This document shows, piece by piece, positions 1 to 9,064 of a DNA stretch of 64,000 bases. A program made the position numbers and the translations under genes. This DNA comes from an uncultured Nonlabens sp. GTDB lineage: Bacteria; Bacteroidota; Bacteroidia; Flavobacteriales; Flavobacteriaceae. The stretch is from positions 27,103-91,102 of the forward strand of contig CANLKV010000005.1 in the NCBI GenBank assembly GCA_947491755.1, read 5' to 3'. Below the pieces are notes generated by a model. The model ran no database searches. It was given only the letters and a program-made list of their open reading frames with translations, and had not been told where the DNA came from. Every line of letters begins with the position of its first letter. The first letter of the stretch is position 1.

Positions 1-1
1 A

Positions 2-253
2 ATTACAGGTCTTAAAAATGATATGGGATACTTGCTACAATTTCCCGAAGGCTATAATCCAGAAAAAATAACTGGTCGCATTTTTATGTACCGCCCGTCA
101 AATAAGCAATTGGATTTTGATCTACCGCTCAACATGACCGACTTGAATTTTTTAATTCCAGATCAACGCTTGCTAGAAGGCCGGTGGAATATAACCATCG
201 ACTGGGAATATGATGGTAAATCGTACCGATTCAAAAAGCAAATTACCTATTAA
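2..253 (+). CDS. fixH: FixH/CcoH family protein, 5'-truncated by the window edge
   Basis: Frame is open from base 2 (ITGLKNDMGY...). C-terminus YRPSNKQLDF...GRWNITIDWEYDGKSY fits Bacteroidota FixH; the neighbouring DsbD_2-type gene fits a cco maturation cluster. Confidence 0.7.
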   Translation: MTGLKNDMGYLLQFPEGYNPEKITGRIFMYRPSNKQLDFDLPLNMTDLNFLIPDQRLLEGRWNITIDWEYDGKSYRFKKQITY

Positions 254-255
254 TT

Positions 256-963
256 ATGTTGTTAACGGCGCTACTTTTTGGCCTACTGGGTAGTTTTCAC
301 TGCGTGGGAATGTGCGGCCCTATTGCTTTTTTACTTCCCGTAGATCGCAACAATCCTGTCAAAAGAGTACTGCAAGTTACAACCTATCACGCTGGAAGAT
401 TAACTACCTATGCCACTATAGGATTGCTTTTCGGCTTTTTAGGTAAGCGATTAGATGTATTTGGTTACCAGCAACAACTTTCTATAGCAATCGGACTATT
501 GATGATCCTGGTGGTGCTGCTTCCTTCTAAAGTTTTTCAGCGCTACAATGGCTCTCGATTCATGTATCAATGGGTAGGAAAGATTAAAAATGCATTAGGC
601 GCCCAACTTAAACATAAGTCCATGGATCGTTTTTTTGTCATTGGCTTTTTAAATGGTTTTCTTCCTTGCGGCCTGGTTTATATGGCAGTTTTTGGCAGTG
701 TGGCAGCCGGCAACTCTTTGCAGGGCGCTTTATATATGATATTTTTTGGGCTAGGGACCATACCGCTAATGACCACAGCTACCTATTTGGGAAATTTCTT
801 AAACACCTCTTTAAAAGAGCGTCTATTAAAAGCTATACCAGTAGCAGTTATTGTGATAGGGGCTTTGTTTATTTTAAGAGGACTGGGTCTGGGTATTCCC
901 TATATCTCTCCTACCCCTCAAGTAGCGGTAGAAAAAATCACCGCACAGCAGGTGTGCCATTAA
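256..963 (+). CDS. Sulfite exporter TauE/SafE-like (DsbD_2) membrane protein of the cbb3 maturation cluster
   Basis: GSFHCVGMCGPI and LNGFLPCGLVY motifs; multiple TM segments. Confidence 0.85.
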   Translation: MLLTALLFGLLGSFHCVGMCGPIAFLLPVDRNNPVKRVLQVTTYHAGRLTTYATIGLLFGFLGKRLDVFGYQQQLSIAIGLLMILVVLLPSKVFQRYNGSRFMYQWVGKIKNALGAQLKHKSMDRFFVIGFLNGFLPCGLVYMAVFGSVAAGNSLQGALYMIFFGLGTIPLMTTATYLGNFLNTSLKERLLKAIPVAVIVIGALFILRGLGLGIPYISPTPQVAVEKITAQQVCH

Positions 964-1104
964 AATAAGCACCCCTTGACAACAGTATCGTTATAGGATT
1001 TCTATAACAGTGTATATGATTGATAATTATTAAATTAAAAGATGACATGAGCAATTCAAGCAGCTGATGTAGCTATTTTTTTCATCATTAAAGATTTATG
1101 TATC

Positions 1105-1287
1105 ATGATAATATCCACCTATTTTCTACAAATGAGCCGGTATGTAGATGGCTGGCTAGCATACAGCCTGTACGCTTTAGTATTAATTGGCATTTTTGCC
1201 TTTATATTTGTGAAGCTGCGCAACGCAAAAAGACGGTCATCAAATAAACGATCTTCTACAAAGCGCAGGGACCATAACACGCCCTAA
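1105..1287 (+). CDS. Small single-pass membrane protein, hypothetical
   Basis: 60 aa, one hydrophobic stretch followed by a basic tail; stop is 3 nt before the hemJ ATG. Confidence 0.5.
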   Translation: MIISTYFLQMSRYVDGWLAYSLYALVLIGIFAFIFVKLRNAKRRSSNKRSSTKRRDHNTP

Positions 1288-1290
1288 AAC

Positions 1291-1824
1291 ATGATTTACC
1301 CCTACATAAAATCCTTGCACCTCATCTTTGTAGTGACCTGGTTTGCTGGTTTATTTTATGTACCCAGATTGCTAGTTTATCAAATTGAGACCTACAGCAA
1401 AAATGCTACTGAAAAGAAAATATTATTACCTCAACTGCGGTTAATGACCCAGCGCTTGTGGTACATCATTACATGGCCCAGTGCAATCCTAACTGTAACA
1501 TTTGCGATCTGGTTGCTTCTTCTCAACCCAGCCTGGTTATCGACGGGCTGGATGCAAGTAAAATTAGGCTTTGTTGCACTGCTCATTGTTTATCAATTTT
1601 ATACTCAAAAATTGTATCGCATCTCTAGTAAACAAGAGCTCACATGGACTTCTAATCGCATGCGATTGTACAATGAGGTGCCAACAGTAGTGCTATTTGC
1701 GGTAGTTTTTCTAGCGATTGTAAAAAATGCGGTCAACTGGATTTATGGTGTCGCTGGCATTTTTGCCCTCATTGTTTTATTGATGTTGTTATTTAAAATA
1801 TATCAGCGCACTCGTAAGGGATAA
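1291..1824 (+). CDS. hemJ: Protoporphyrinogen IX oxidase HemJ (CopD family)
   Basis: KSLHLIFVVTWFAGLFYVPRL, WMQVKL and YNEVPT motifs. Confidence 0.9.
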   Translation: MIYPYIKSLHLIFVVTWFAGLFYVPRLLVYQIETYSKNATEKKILLPQLRLMTQRLWYIITWPSAILTVTFAIWLLLLNPAWLSTGWMQVKLGFVALLIVYQFYTQKLYRISSKQELTWTSNRMRLYNEVPTVVLFAVVFLAIVKNAVNWIYGVAGIFALIVLLMLLFKIYQRTRKG

Positions 1825-1859
1825 AATTCTAACGGTCATATTCTGTTTTGAAAAAAATA

Positions 1860-1889
1860 AAAGAGCCATCGCTATTGCGATGGCTCTTT
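1860..1889. terminator. Bidirectional intrinsic terminator between convergent hemJ and hemN
   Basis: AAAGAGCCATCGC-tatt-GCGATGGCTCTTT perfect stem with A/T tails. Confidence 0.85.
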
Positions 1890-1912
1890 GTTTTGTTTTA
1901 AATTTTACCAGA

Positions 1913-3280
1913 TCACACAGTCATAGAAAATAGTCGTGTCTGTGGTTTTTTACGTTGCAACCTCAGGTCAAAGGGCAAACAAACGTTACGTACGTAGGGT
2001 TTACCAGCCTCAGTAACCGTTAAGCGGCCTTCCTCTAATTGTACCAGCCCATCTTGTTGCATTTCTTTCAGCTGGGTATGGATTGTATCTAGTGCCGGCA
2101 GGTATAGATCATCGGTCTCCCAGGATGTCTCAAACTGGCACATGATGTTTAAAATATGTTTTCTAACTATCAAATCTTCTTTATCTAATAAGTGCCCGCG
2201 TAGGAGTGGCAATTGATCTTCTTTGAGACACTCATAATATTCTTTAAGTGTTTTTACATTTTGCGCAAATCCATACCAGCTATCTCCTATGGCAGATACG
2301 CCCAGGCCTATCATGACATCTGTTTTTGAACTGCTATACCCCATAAAATTGCGATGTAATAGGCCGTTTTGCAAGGCTCGACACAGGTCATCTGTAGGTA
2401 AGGCAAAATGATCCATACCTATCTCTATATAACCTGCCTGCAGCAACATTTTTTTACCGGTTTCATATTGCAGCCGTTTTTGTTCTGGTGACGGTAGATG
2501 TTCCTCACTATACCCACGCTGCCCATTACCCTTGATCCACGGTACGTGTGCATAGCTATAGAACGCAATACGATCTGGCATAAGCCTTATGGTTTGTTCA
2601 ATCGTGTGAATTACGTGTTGATGCGTCTGGAAGGGTAGGCCGTAAATTATATCGTGTCCCACAGATGTAAAACCAAATTTTCTTGCCTGGATGGTTGCCT
2701 GCGCCACATTTTCAAAGGGTTGTACCCTATTGATTGCAATCTGGACGGTCTCGTTATAGTCCTGTACGCCATAACAAACTCTAGTAAATCCTTGATTGCT
2801 AAACATTTTTAAATGTGCCGGTGTCGTATTATTAGGATGGCCTTCAAAACTTAAGTCTGCGCTAGGGGTTTTAGGAACGATCCTAAATATCCCTGTAAGT
2901 AAATCATCTAGATTTTCAGCACTAAAAAATGTAGGTGTTCCACCGCCCAGATGCAATTGCTGGATTGCCAGACGATCGCCTATAAAATCTTTATATAATT
3001 GCAATTCTTTAAGCAGCGCTTTGATATAAGGACGCTCGACCAGATGATTTTTTGTGATCCGTTTAGTACAACCACAAAATGTACACATACTCTCACAAAA
3101 TGGGAGGTGAATGTACAAAGAGATAGCTGTGGTATGTTCGCTTTCGCGAAAGCGTAAACCCCTCAACAAACTATGCTTCCAACCGGCTGTGGTAAAAGAC
3201 GCCTCATCCCAGTATGGGACGGTAGGATAGCTGGTGTAACGAGGTCCAGGAACATTGTATTTACTAACCAATGCATCCAT
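1913..3280 (-). CDS. hemN: Oxygen-independent coproporphyrinogen III oxidase (radical SAM)
   Basis: KYNVPGPRYTSYPT, YIHLPFCESMCTFCGC (CxxxCxxC), HLGGGTPT, LHRNFMGY. Confidence 0.95.
   Translation of the reverse strand: MDALVSKYNVPGPRYTSYPTVPYWDEASFTTAGWKHSLLRGLRFRESEHTTAISLYIHLPFCESMCTFCGCTKRITKNHLVERPYIKALLKELQLYKDFIGDRLAIQQLHLGGGTPTFFSAENLDDLLTGIFRIVPKTPSADLSFEGHPNNTTPAHLKMFSNQGFTRVCYGVQDYNETVQIAINRVQPFENVAQATIQARKFGFTSVGHDIIYGLPFQTHQHVIHTIEQTIRLMPDRIAFYSYAHVPWIKGNGQRGYSEEHLPSPEQKRLQYETGKKMLLQAGYIEIGMDHFALPTDDLCRALQNGLLHRNFMGYSSSKTDVMIGLGVSAIGDSWYGFAQNVKTLKEYYECLKEDQLPLLRGHLLDKEDLIVRKHILNIMCQFETSWETDDLYLPALDTIHTQLKEMQQDGLVQLEEGRLTVTEAGKPYVRNVCLPFDLRLQRKKPQTRLFSMTV
3139..3154. repeat. 16-bp palindrome copy, perfect, inside hemN (RFRES)
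   Basis: CGCTTTCGCGAAAGCG. Confidence 0.95.
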
Positions 3281-3564
3281 TAAATGAAGAGACTTGCAAG
3301 TATAATGAGTGAATTCACGATGCTACTAGCGATAAGTAGATTGAGAATCATTTTAGGCTTTTGTACTGTCAATATTGCAGCGTTGTGAGTTGTACACAGG
3401 ATGACCGAAATCATTACAACTAGCATTTGCCACCAACCGTGGCCATAACTTAAGGTTTGCATTATTGCAAAACCGCCCAGGCAAGTAGAGACGATAATAC
3501 CTATCGCACTGTATCCCATGATGTTCTCTGTAAAGTCTTGTTCAAATTTTGCTAAGGTTGTCAT
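3280..3564 (-). CDS. Small 3-TM membrane protein co-transcribed with hemN
   Basis: Likely start MTTLAKFEQDF at 3564 (the ORF-track start lies in the promoter); stop overlaps the hemN start by 1 nt. Confidence 0.75.
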   Translation of the reverse strand: MTTLAKFEQDFTENIMGYSAIGIIVSTCLGGFAIMQTLSYGHGWWQMLVVMISVILCTTHNAAILTVQKPKMILNLLIASSIVNSLIILASLFI

Positions 3565-3588
3565 AACTTTAATTTTTAAATTATGAGA

Positions 3589-3633
3589 CAAAATTAGCCG
3601 GCGGGTCCGGGTCATTCTATGACTTTTGTCAGT
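3589..3633 (-). promoter_or_regulatory. FNR-like box (TGAC-N4-GTCA, 3620-3631) plus -7 element TAATTTTG (3589-3596) upstream of the hemN operon
   Basis: Palindromic core and a Bacteroidota -7 consensus match; 21-nt gap from the 16-bp box, identical to the three Crp/Fnr boxes downstream. Confidence 0.65.
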
Positions 3634-3771
3634 TTGCCAGATTTAACATTCTTAGATTAACAGATTTAATGATGTAAGAGCACTACCAGACTTCCTGTAC
3701 CAAGATTGAAATATTTAAATTACTGGACTTATTCCTAGAAAATAGGTTTAATTTGTTGCAAATACATCTTT

Positions 3772-5214
3772 GTGAAACAATACATTTCTTTACTAGTATC
3801 TGGTCTTATTTGCATCGCCGTTCATGCCCAACGTGAACTTAGTTCGATATCCTTCCAGCCAGAGCGCAATGCGAGCGAGGCGCTTATTATCGTGGGGCAA
3901 GACTCTGCATTACATCTTATGATCACCAATAAGAAAGAGATCCAGCGATTTGATTATAATCCCACTTTAAGTATAGCTGCTCGCAAAAATTATGAAGCAC
4001 CGCGATCTAAATACAGTGAGATGGCAGGTTATGAAGTGAAAGAAGATGGTTTGATCAACCTTTATTATTCTAATTCCAGGAAGAATAAATTTTGCATGGT
4101 TACACTATCGCCAGCAGCTAGCGAGTCTGTAATTAATGAGCTAGACTTTAAGCTTAAAAAAGAAACTTATTTACAAGGCATCAGTCATCAAAATAAGTTT
4201 TACATACTAACCATTGACTTTAAATCTGTAGTAAGGCTTTATGAGTTTAATGCTGGCAATCACGAGGTAACGGAATTCCCGTTGGCACAAGTAAAATTTG
4301 AACCTGGGCGCGATGGTTTACGCAACTACTTGCATGATCATGTAAAAACTGGTGGTAGCACCAGTGTGGGTACTTCACTGGTAGACCTAGTTGATAGCGA
4401 GAGCCCTAATTCTATCGAAACAGCCAGCGCTCACAATAAACTGTATGTAAAAAATGGTGTCTTACGGTTAACAGTTGACAAGGATAAAGAAAGTACACAA
4501 GTAATTGAGATTGCACTAGCAGATAAAGAGTTAACGCTCAAAAGCTTTGATCAACCGTTAGAGTCTTTTGATTTATCTGATCGTATAGATTCTAACTCTT
4601 ATTTATATGATGAGAAGTTATTTCAAGTATTAGTTTCAAAAAACAAATTAGTATTTACTGTAACTGATTATCACAATGGTGAAGTGATCAAGCAGATTGA
4701 GCTTTTAAAAGATGAAAATATCGACATAGCAAACAGTGCTATTATTCAAGAGGGCGGTGATTTTGCTAGCTATCGCGAGCTAGAAAAAACCAGCCAGCTG
4801 CTTAGAAAAATGACATCTGCAGTACCAGGGATACCTGTACATAAAACAAATGGCATATATGAAATAACCCTGGGAGGTTCTAAAGAAATTGCGACTGGTG
4901 GTCCTATGATGATGGGCGGTTTTGGGCTGGGTGGTGCAGTAGGTGGACTTATACTTACAGCAACCCTTAACCCTACCCTGGGCGCGTATAATTCATATAC
5001 CCGTACTAAATCAACTTATTTTATAAGTTTATTTGACGATGATTTTAATCATATAGATGGCGCCGTAACACCTAATGTTTTTGATAAAATCAGGGATTAT
5101 ACAGATCGTAAGTCAACGAGTATTGAGACTATTTTTAGATATCAAAAAAGTTTTGTCTACGGGTATTATGATAATGTTGATCAGCAATATAAACTTGTAT
5201 TATTTGAGGATTGA
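3772..5214 (+). CDS. Secreted hypothetical protein
   Basis: 480 aa, Sec signal peptide ending VHA-Q; Gly-rich hydrophobic segment near the C-terminus; no family recognised. Confidence 0.7.
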   Translation: MKQYISLLVSGLICIAVHAQRELSSISFQPERNASEALIIVGQDSALHLMITNKKEIQRFDYNPTLSIAARKNYEAPRSKYSEMAGYEVKEDGLINLYYSNSRKNKFCMVTLSPAASESVINELDFKLKKETYLQGISHQNKFYILTIDFKSVVRLYEFNAGNHEVTEFPLAQVKFEPGRDGLRNYLHDHVKTGGSTSVGTSLVDLVDSESPNSIETASAHNKLYVKNGVLRLTVDKDKESTQVIEIALADKELTLKSFDQPLESFDLSDRIDSNSYLYDEKLFQVLVSKNKLVFTVTDYHNGEVIKQIELLKDENIDIANSAIIQEGGDFASYRELEKTSQLLRKMTSAVPGIPVHKTNGIYEITLGGSKEIATGGPMMMGGFGLGGAVGGLILTATLNPTLGAYNSYTRTKSTYFISLFDDDFNHIDGAVTPNVFDKIRDYTDRKSTSIETIFRYQKSFVYGYYDNVDQQYKLVLFED

Positions 5215-5261
5215 TTGCTGGTTTTATAGAAAGCGATTGAGTGAAGTAAAAGGTAAGCATA

Positions 5262-5306
5262 TGTAACAAAGGTTACCGTGCGAGATGACTGGAGTGACTA
5301 CCTTAG
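5262..5306 (+). promoter_or_regulatory. Crp/Fnr-type box TGTAAC-AAAG-GTTACC plus -7-like TACCTTAG
   Basis: Box 5262-5277, -7-like element 5299-5306. Confidence 0.65.
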
Positions 5307-5322
5307 TATTAAAAATCGGCTT

Positions 5323-5721
5323 ATGAAAAACTCCATTTTGTACAGCATTCTATTTTTAAAATGTCCCCAATGCAGGCAAGGAGAGTTTTTAAAAGAAAAC
5401 CCTTACCACCTGTCACGCATGAATGCGGTGAGATCTAGATGTCCACGCTGTGATCTCAAATACAGCATAGAACCTAGTTTTTATACAGGGTCGATGTACG
5501 TTTCTTATGCGGTAGGTATTGCATTTGCGGTTGCTACTTATGTAGTGTTGTTAATTTTGGGTCATGCAGATGATCCACTCACTATATTTATATCAATTGT
5601 GGTTGTGCTTGCTCTAACCTTTCCTTACATTGGTGCTGTTTCTAAAGCAATATGGGCGCATTTATTTATAAAATATGATGCTGTTATTGCAAAACAGGCA
5701 AAAAATGAATCCCGAACTTAA
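5323..5721 (+). CDS. DUF983 family membrane protein
   Basis: CPQC...CPRC, EPSFYTGSMYVSY, two TM helices; start reassigned to ATG 5323, downstream of the promoter. Confidence 0.8.
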   Translation: MKNSILYSILFLKCPQCRQGEFLKENPYHLSRMNAVRSRCPRCDLKYSIEPSFYTGSMYVSYAVGIAFAVATYVVLLILGHADDPLTIFISIVVVLALTFPYIGAVSKAIWAHLFIKYDAVIAKQAKNESRT

Positions 5722-6331
5722 AAAACATTACGGTTCTCTATTTGAACCAGAATTGCTCCAGCAGATTGATGATGTGTCCACCCTTTTAACAGTAGTAGAA
5801 GGCACCGCTCTCATTAAACCTGGACAGTATATACGCTCCATGCCTTTATTACTATCTGGCAGTATAAAAATAATGCGAGCAGATGAGCAGGGTAATGAAT
5901 TGTTGCTTTACTACCTAGAAAAAGGTGATACCTGCGCAATGACCATGAGCTGTTGTATGGGAACGACAAAGAGTGAAATCCACGCTATTACAGAAACTCC
6001 TACCGAGGTATTGATGATCCCCATAATCAAAATGGAAGAGTGGTCTAGTAAATACAAAACCTGGCGTAATTTTGTCTTTTCCAGTTACCATGATCGCATG
6101 ATGGAGCTGCTGGAAAGTCTCGACAATATTGCTTTCAACAACATGAATGAACGCTTAGGCAATTACCTTAAAGATAAAGTTGCTGTTTTAGGAAGTCAGC
6201 ATATTCATGCTACACACCGGGAGATCGCTGCAGATCTGAATACAAGCAGGGTAGTCATATCACGCCTGCTTAAAAACATGGAAAACAATAATCTTATAGA
6301 ACTGCATCGCAATTTTATCAAGCTGCTGTAA
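5705..6331 (+). CDS. Crp/Fnr family transcriptional regulator
   Basis: cNMP-binding-like N-domain (LLSGSIKI, LYYLEKGDTCAMT) and C-terminal HTH (THREIAADLNTSRVVISRLLK); likely start MNPEL. Confidence 0.9.
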   Translation: MNPELKKHYGSLFEPELLQQIDDVSTLLTVVEGTALIKPGQYIRSMPLLLSGSIKIMRADEQGNELLLYYLEKGDTCAMTMSCCMGTTKSEIHAITETPTEVLMIPIIKMEEWSSKYKTWRNFVFSSYHDRMMELLESLDNIAFNNMNERLGNYLKDKVAVLGSQHIHATHREIAADLNTSRVVISRLLKNMENNNLIELHRNFIKLL

Positions 6332-6371
6332 CAAGAGTTACAAAAGGAGCTTTTGAGTTAAAATACCTTTG
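6327..6371 (+). promoter_or_regulatory. Crp/Fnr-type box TGTAAC-AAGA-GTTACA plus -7 TACCTTTG
   Basis: Perfect palindromic arms 6327-6342 overlapping the regulator stop codon; consensus -7 at 6364-6371. Confidence 0.75.
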
Positions 6372-6388
6372 TAAATGAAAGTAATTAC

Positions 6389-7177
6389 ATGGATATTTTA
6401 GGATACATAGGTTCACTTGTTATAGGTATTGTTTTAGGTCTTATAGGTGGTGGTGGCTCTATTCTTACCGTGCCCCTACTTGTCTATGCACTGGCACTAC
6501 ATCCAGTTATTGCAACAGCTTATTCCCTATTTATCGTAGGTACGACTGCACTGGTAGGTGCGGTTAGAAATATGGTAGCGGGCAAAGTTGACTATAAAAC
6601 AGCGGTAATATTTGCTATTCCTGCATTGATAGCCGTGTATGCTACTCGCGCTTTTCTTTTACCTGCGCTTCCTGACGTTCTATTCACCATAAGCGATGTA
6701 ATCATTACTAAAGAGCTAGGAATCATGTTATTTTTTTCAATCATCATGTTGCTGGCTGCAGTATCGATGATAAAACCGCAAACTAAAGCCATTGAAGACT
6801 CTACCCCTATCACCTACAACTATCCGCTCATACTGGTTGAAGGAATTCTGGTAGGGATCATAACAGGTATTGTAGGAGCTGGCGGCGGGTTTTTAATTAT
6901 CCCTGCACTGGTGCTATTGGCTAAATTACCTATGAAAAAAGCCGTAGCTACCAGCTTACTTATTATCGCAATCAAATCGTTAATAGGTTTTATAGGAGAT
7001 GTACAACAAATGGATATTGACTGGGGATTTTTAAGCTTATTCACCAGCCTATCTGTATGTGGAATCTTTATAGGTATCTGGCTGAACAAATTTATTGATG
7101 GAGGCAAACTCAAAGCTGCCTTTGGGTGGATGGTATTATTTATGGGTATTTATATAATTTATAAAGAGTTATTTTGA
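6389..7177 (+). CDS. Sulfite exporter TauE/SafE family protein
   Basis: GLIGGGGSILTVP and GIVGAGGGFLIIP repeats; about 8 TM. Confidence 0.9.
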   Translation: MDILGYIGSLVIGIVLGLIGGGGSILTVPLLVYALALHPVIATAYSLFIVGTTALVGAVRNMVAGKVDYKTAVIFAIPALIAVYATRAFLLPALPDVLFTISDVIITKELGIMLFFSIIMLLAAVSMIKPQTKAIEDSTPITYNYPLILVEGILVGIITGIVGAGGGFLIIPALVLLAKLPMKKAVATSLLIIAIKSLIGFIGDVQQMDIDWGFLSLFTSLSVCGIFIGIWLNKFIDGGKLKAAFGWMVLFMGIYIIYKELF

Positions 7178-7584
7178 TGAGAACAAGATTAATTATTATC
7201 GCTACATGTCTTTTAATTTATATGACCAGCCTTGTAGCCTGCGCACAAAATGACACTATAAAAAATGACCCACAGGTGCTTACTCCTATCGCGTTCAAAG
7301 AACAAATAGAAAAGCATACCGTACAGCTAATTGATGTGAGAACTCCTGCAGAGTATGAGTCCGGCCATATAAATGGGGCACGCCTGATCAACTTTTTCGA
7401 TACAACGGCCTTTCATTCAAAAATTGATAGGCTAGATAAAACAAAACCTGTGTATTTATACTGCCGTACGGGTAAACGCAGCCATCAAGCGGCAATCATT
7501 TTACGCGATAAAGGTTTTAAACACGTTTATGATTTAGCAGGCGGCTATAACAATTGGTTAAAGTATATGAAATCAAAAGATTGA
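7174..7584 (+). CDS. Exported rhodanese-like domain protein
   Basis: Signal peptide; LIDVRTPAEYESGHINGA and active-site loop YCRTGKRS. Confidence 0.88.
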   Translation: MMRTRLIIIATCLLIYMTSLVACAQNDTIKNDPQVLTPIAFKEQIEKHTVQLIDVRTPAEYESGHINGARLINFFDTTAFHSKIDRLDKTKPVYLYCRTGKRSHQAAIILRDKGFKHVYDLAGGYNNWLKYMKSKD

Positions 7585-7629
7585 AACTGGATAAACATGT
7601 TTGCAACAATTTGTTAAAAGTCCTGGTTG

Positions 7630-7674
7630 TGTATCAATAGTTACTGTAAAGATCTGTGACTCCTTTTAATTTTA
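7630..7674 (+). promoter_or_regulatory. Crp/Fnr-type box TGTATC-AATA-GTTACT plus -7-like TAATTTTA
   Basis: One mismatch to GTAAC-N4-GTTAC; same 21-nt gap to the -7-like element at 7667-7674. Confidence 0.6.
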
Positions 7675-7688
7675 TTAAAAATAATATT

Positions 7689-9017
7689 ATGAACATCAAA
7701 CAATTTGAATACAAACCATTAGCCCATTATTCCTACGCCATTGTTAGTGATGGCAAGATGGCAGTAATTGATCCAGAGCGCGATGCGTCTATATATTACG
7801 CTTTCGCGAAAGCGAACAAAGCACAAATCGTCGCGGTTATTCAAACACATCCACACGCAGATTTTGTAAGTTCTCACCTAGAGATCCATCACGAAACGGG
7901 AGCGACTATTTACAATAGTGAAAAATTAGGAGCAGACTACCCACATGCACCATTTGATGAAGGTGCAAGCATCAAAATGGGAGCAGTCACATTGAGAGCA
8001 ATCAACACGCCTGGACATAGTCCTGATAGTATTACCATCGTTGCACAGGAAGGCGACTCGACCGCACTATTTACAGGAGACACCTTGTTCATAGGCGATG
8101 TAGGGCGTCCTGATTTGAGGGAAACTGTGGGTAACATGACTGCAAAACGTGAAGAACTTGCAGAAATGATGTACCATACTATAAATAATAAATATAATGA
8201 TCTACCCGATGATGCTGTGGTTTATCCTGCTCATGGCGCTGGGTCATTGTGCGGTAAAAATTTGAGCGACGCAGCCAGCAGCACCCTGGGTGATGAGAGA
8301 CGCAATAACTGGGCGTTTACCACTACCCGTAAGGAAGACTTTATGAAAGAGCTACTGGATGGACAACCTTTCATTCCATCCTATTTTGTTTATGACGTTG
8401 ACCTCAATAAGCAAGGAGCACCTTCAATTAACCATACAAGAAATAAAATACCTTTTGAAAAAAAGGGAAGTCCATCAGGTTTGATCATAGATACCAGACC
8501 AGAGTCTGTTTTTAAAAAAGGGCATATTTCTGGTAGTTATAATATTCAAGCCGCCTATCCCACCTCCAAATTTGAGACGTGGCTAGGTGCTGTTGTACGT
8601 CCAGAAGAATCTTACACTCTAGTTATAGATCAAGAAGAAAACAAAGAATCTATTATTGATCGGGTATCAAAAATAGGATACGAGATAGCACTAGAGAAAA
8701 TAATCACTATTGCCGATCATTCTTTACAACAAACACCTATACTGGATCTAGCTCATTTTAAAGCTCATACAGATCAATATACTGTTGTGGATATACGCAA
8801 TCAAAGTGAAATAGACCAAGGTAAGTTTTTTGATAAGGCACTAGCACATCCATTGAACAACTTAAGAGACACAGCAAAAAATATCCCCACAGATCGACCC
8901 ATCGTGGTGCATTGTGCGGGTGGCTATCGTAGTGCTGCTGGCAGCAGTATTGTACAACAAATACATCCAGATGCACAGGTGTACGATTTGAGCGAGGCAG
9001 TAAAAGAATTCCAGTAA
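7689..9017 (+). CDS. MBL-fold hydrolase/persulfide dioxygenase fused to rhodanese domains (CstB-like)
   Basis: THPHADF, TPGHSP, FTGDTLFIGDVGRPDL, YPAHGAGSLCG; C-terminal rhodanese VHCAGGYRS; likely start MNIKQF. Confidence 0.88.
   Translation: MNIKQFEYKPLAHYSYAIVSDGKMAVIDPERDASIYYAFAKANKAQIVAVIQTHPHADFVSSHLEIHHETGATIYNSEKLGADYPHAPFDEGASIKMGAVTLRAINTPGHSPDSITIVAQEGDSTALFTGDTLFIGDVGRPDLRETVGNMTAKREELAEMMYHTINNKYNDLPDDAVVYPAHGAGSLCGKNLSDAASSTLGDERRNNWAFTTTRKEDFMKELLDGQPFIPSYFVYDVDLNKQGAPSINHTRNKIPFEKKGSPSGLIIDTRPESVFKKGHISGSYNIQAAYPTSKFETWLGAVVRPEESYTLVIDQEENKESIIDRVSKIGYEIALEKIITIADHSLQQTPILDLAHFKAHTDQYTVVDIRNQSEIDQGKFFDKALAHPLNNLRDTAKNIPTDRPIVVHCAGGYRSAAGSSIVQQIHPDAQVYDLSEAVKEFQ
7799..7814. 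repeat. 16-bp palindrome copy, perfect, inside the MBL gene (AFAKA)
   Basis: CGCTTTCGCGAAAGCG. Confidence 0.95.
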
Positions 9018-9064
9018 AAAAGACAACACCATCATACCAATTGATTTAAAAAACAAAATAAAAT

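Noticed and set aside
1041-1056. Possible FNR-like box upstream of the small ORF-hemJ unit
   Set aside because: Only a half-site (TGAC) matches and there is no -7 element at the expected spacing.
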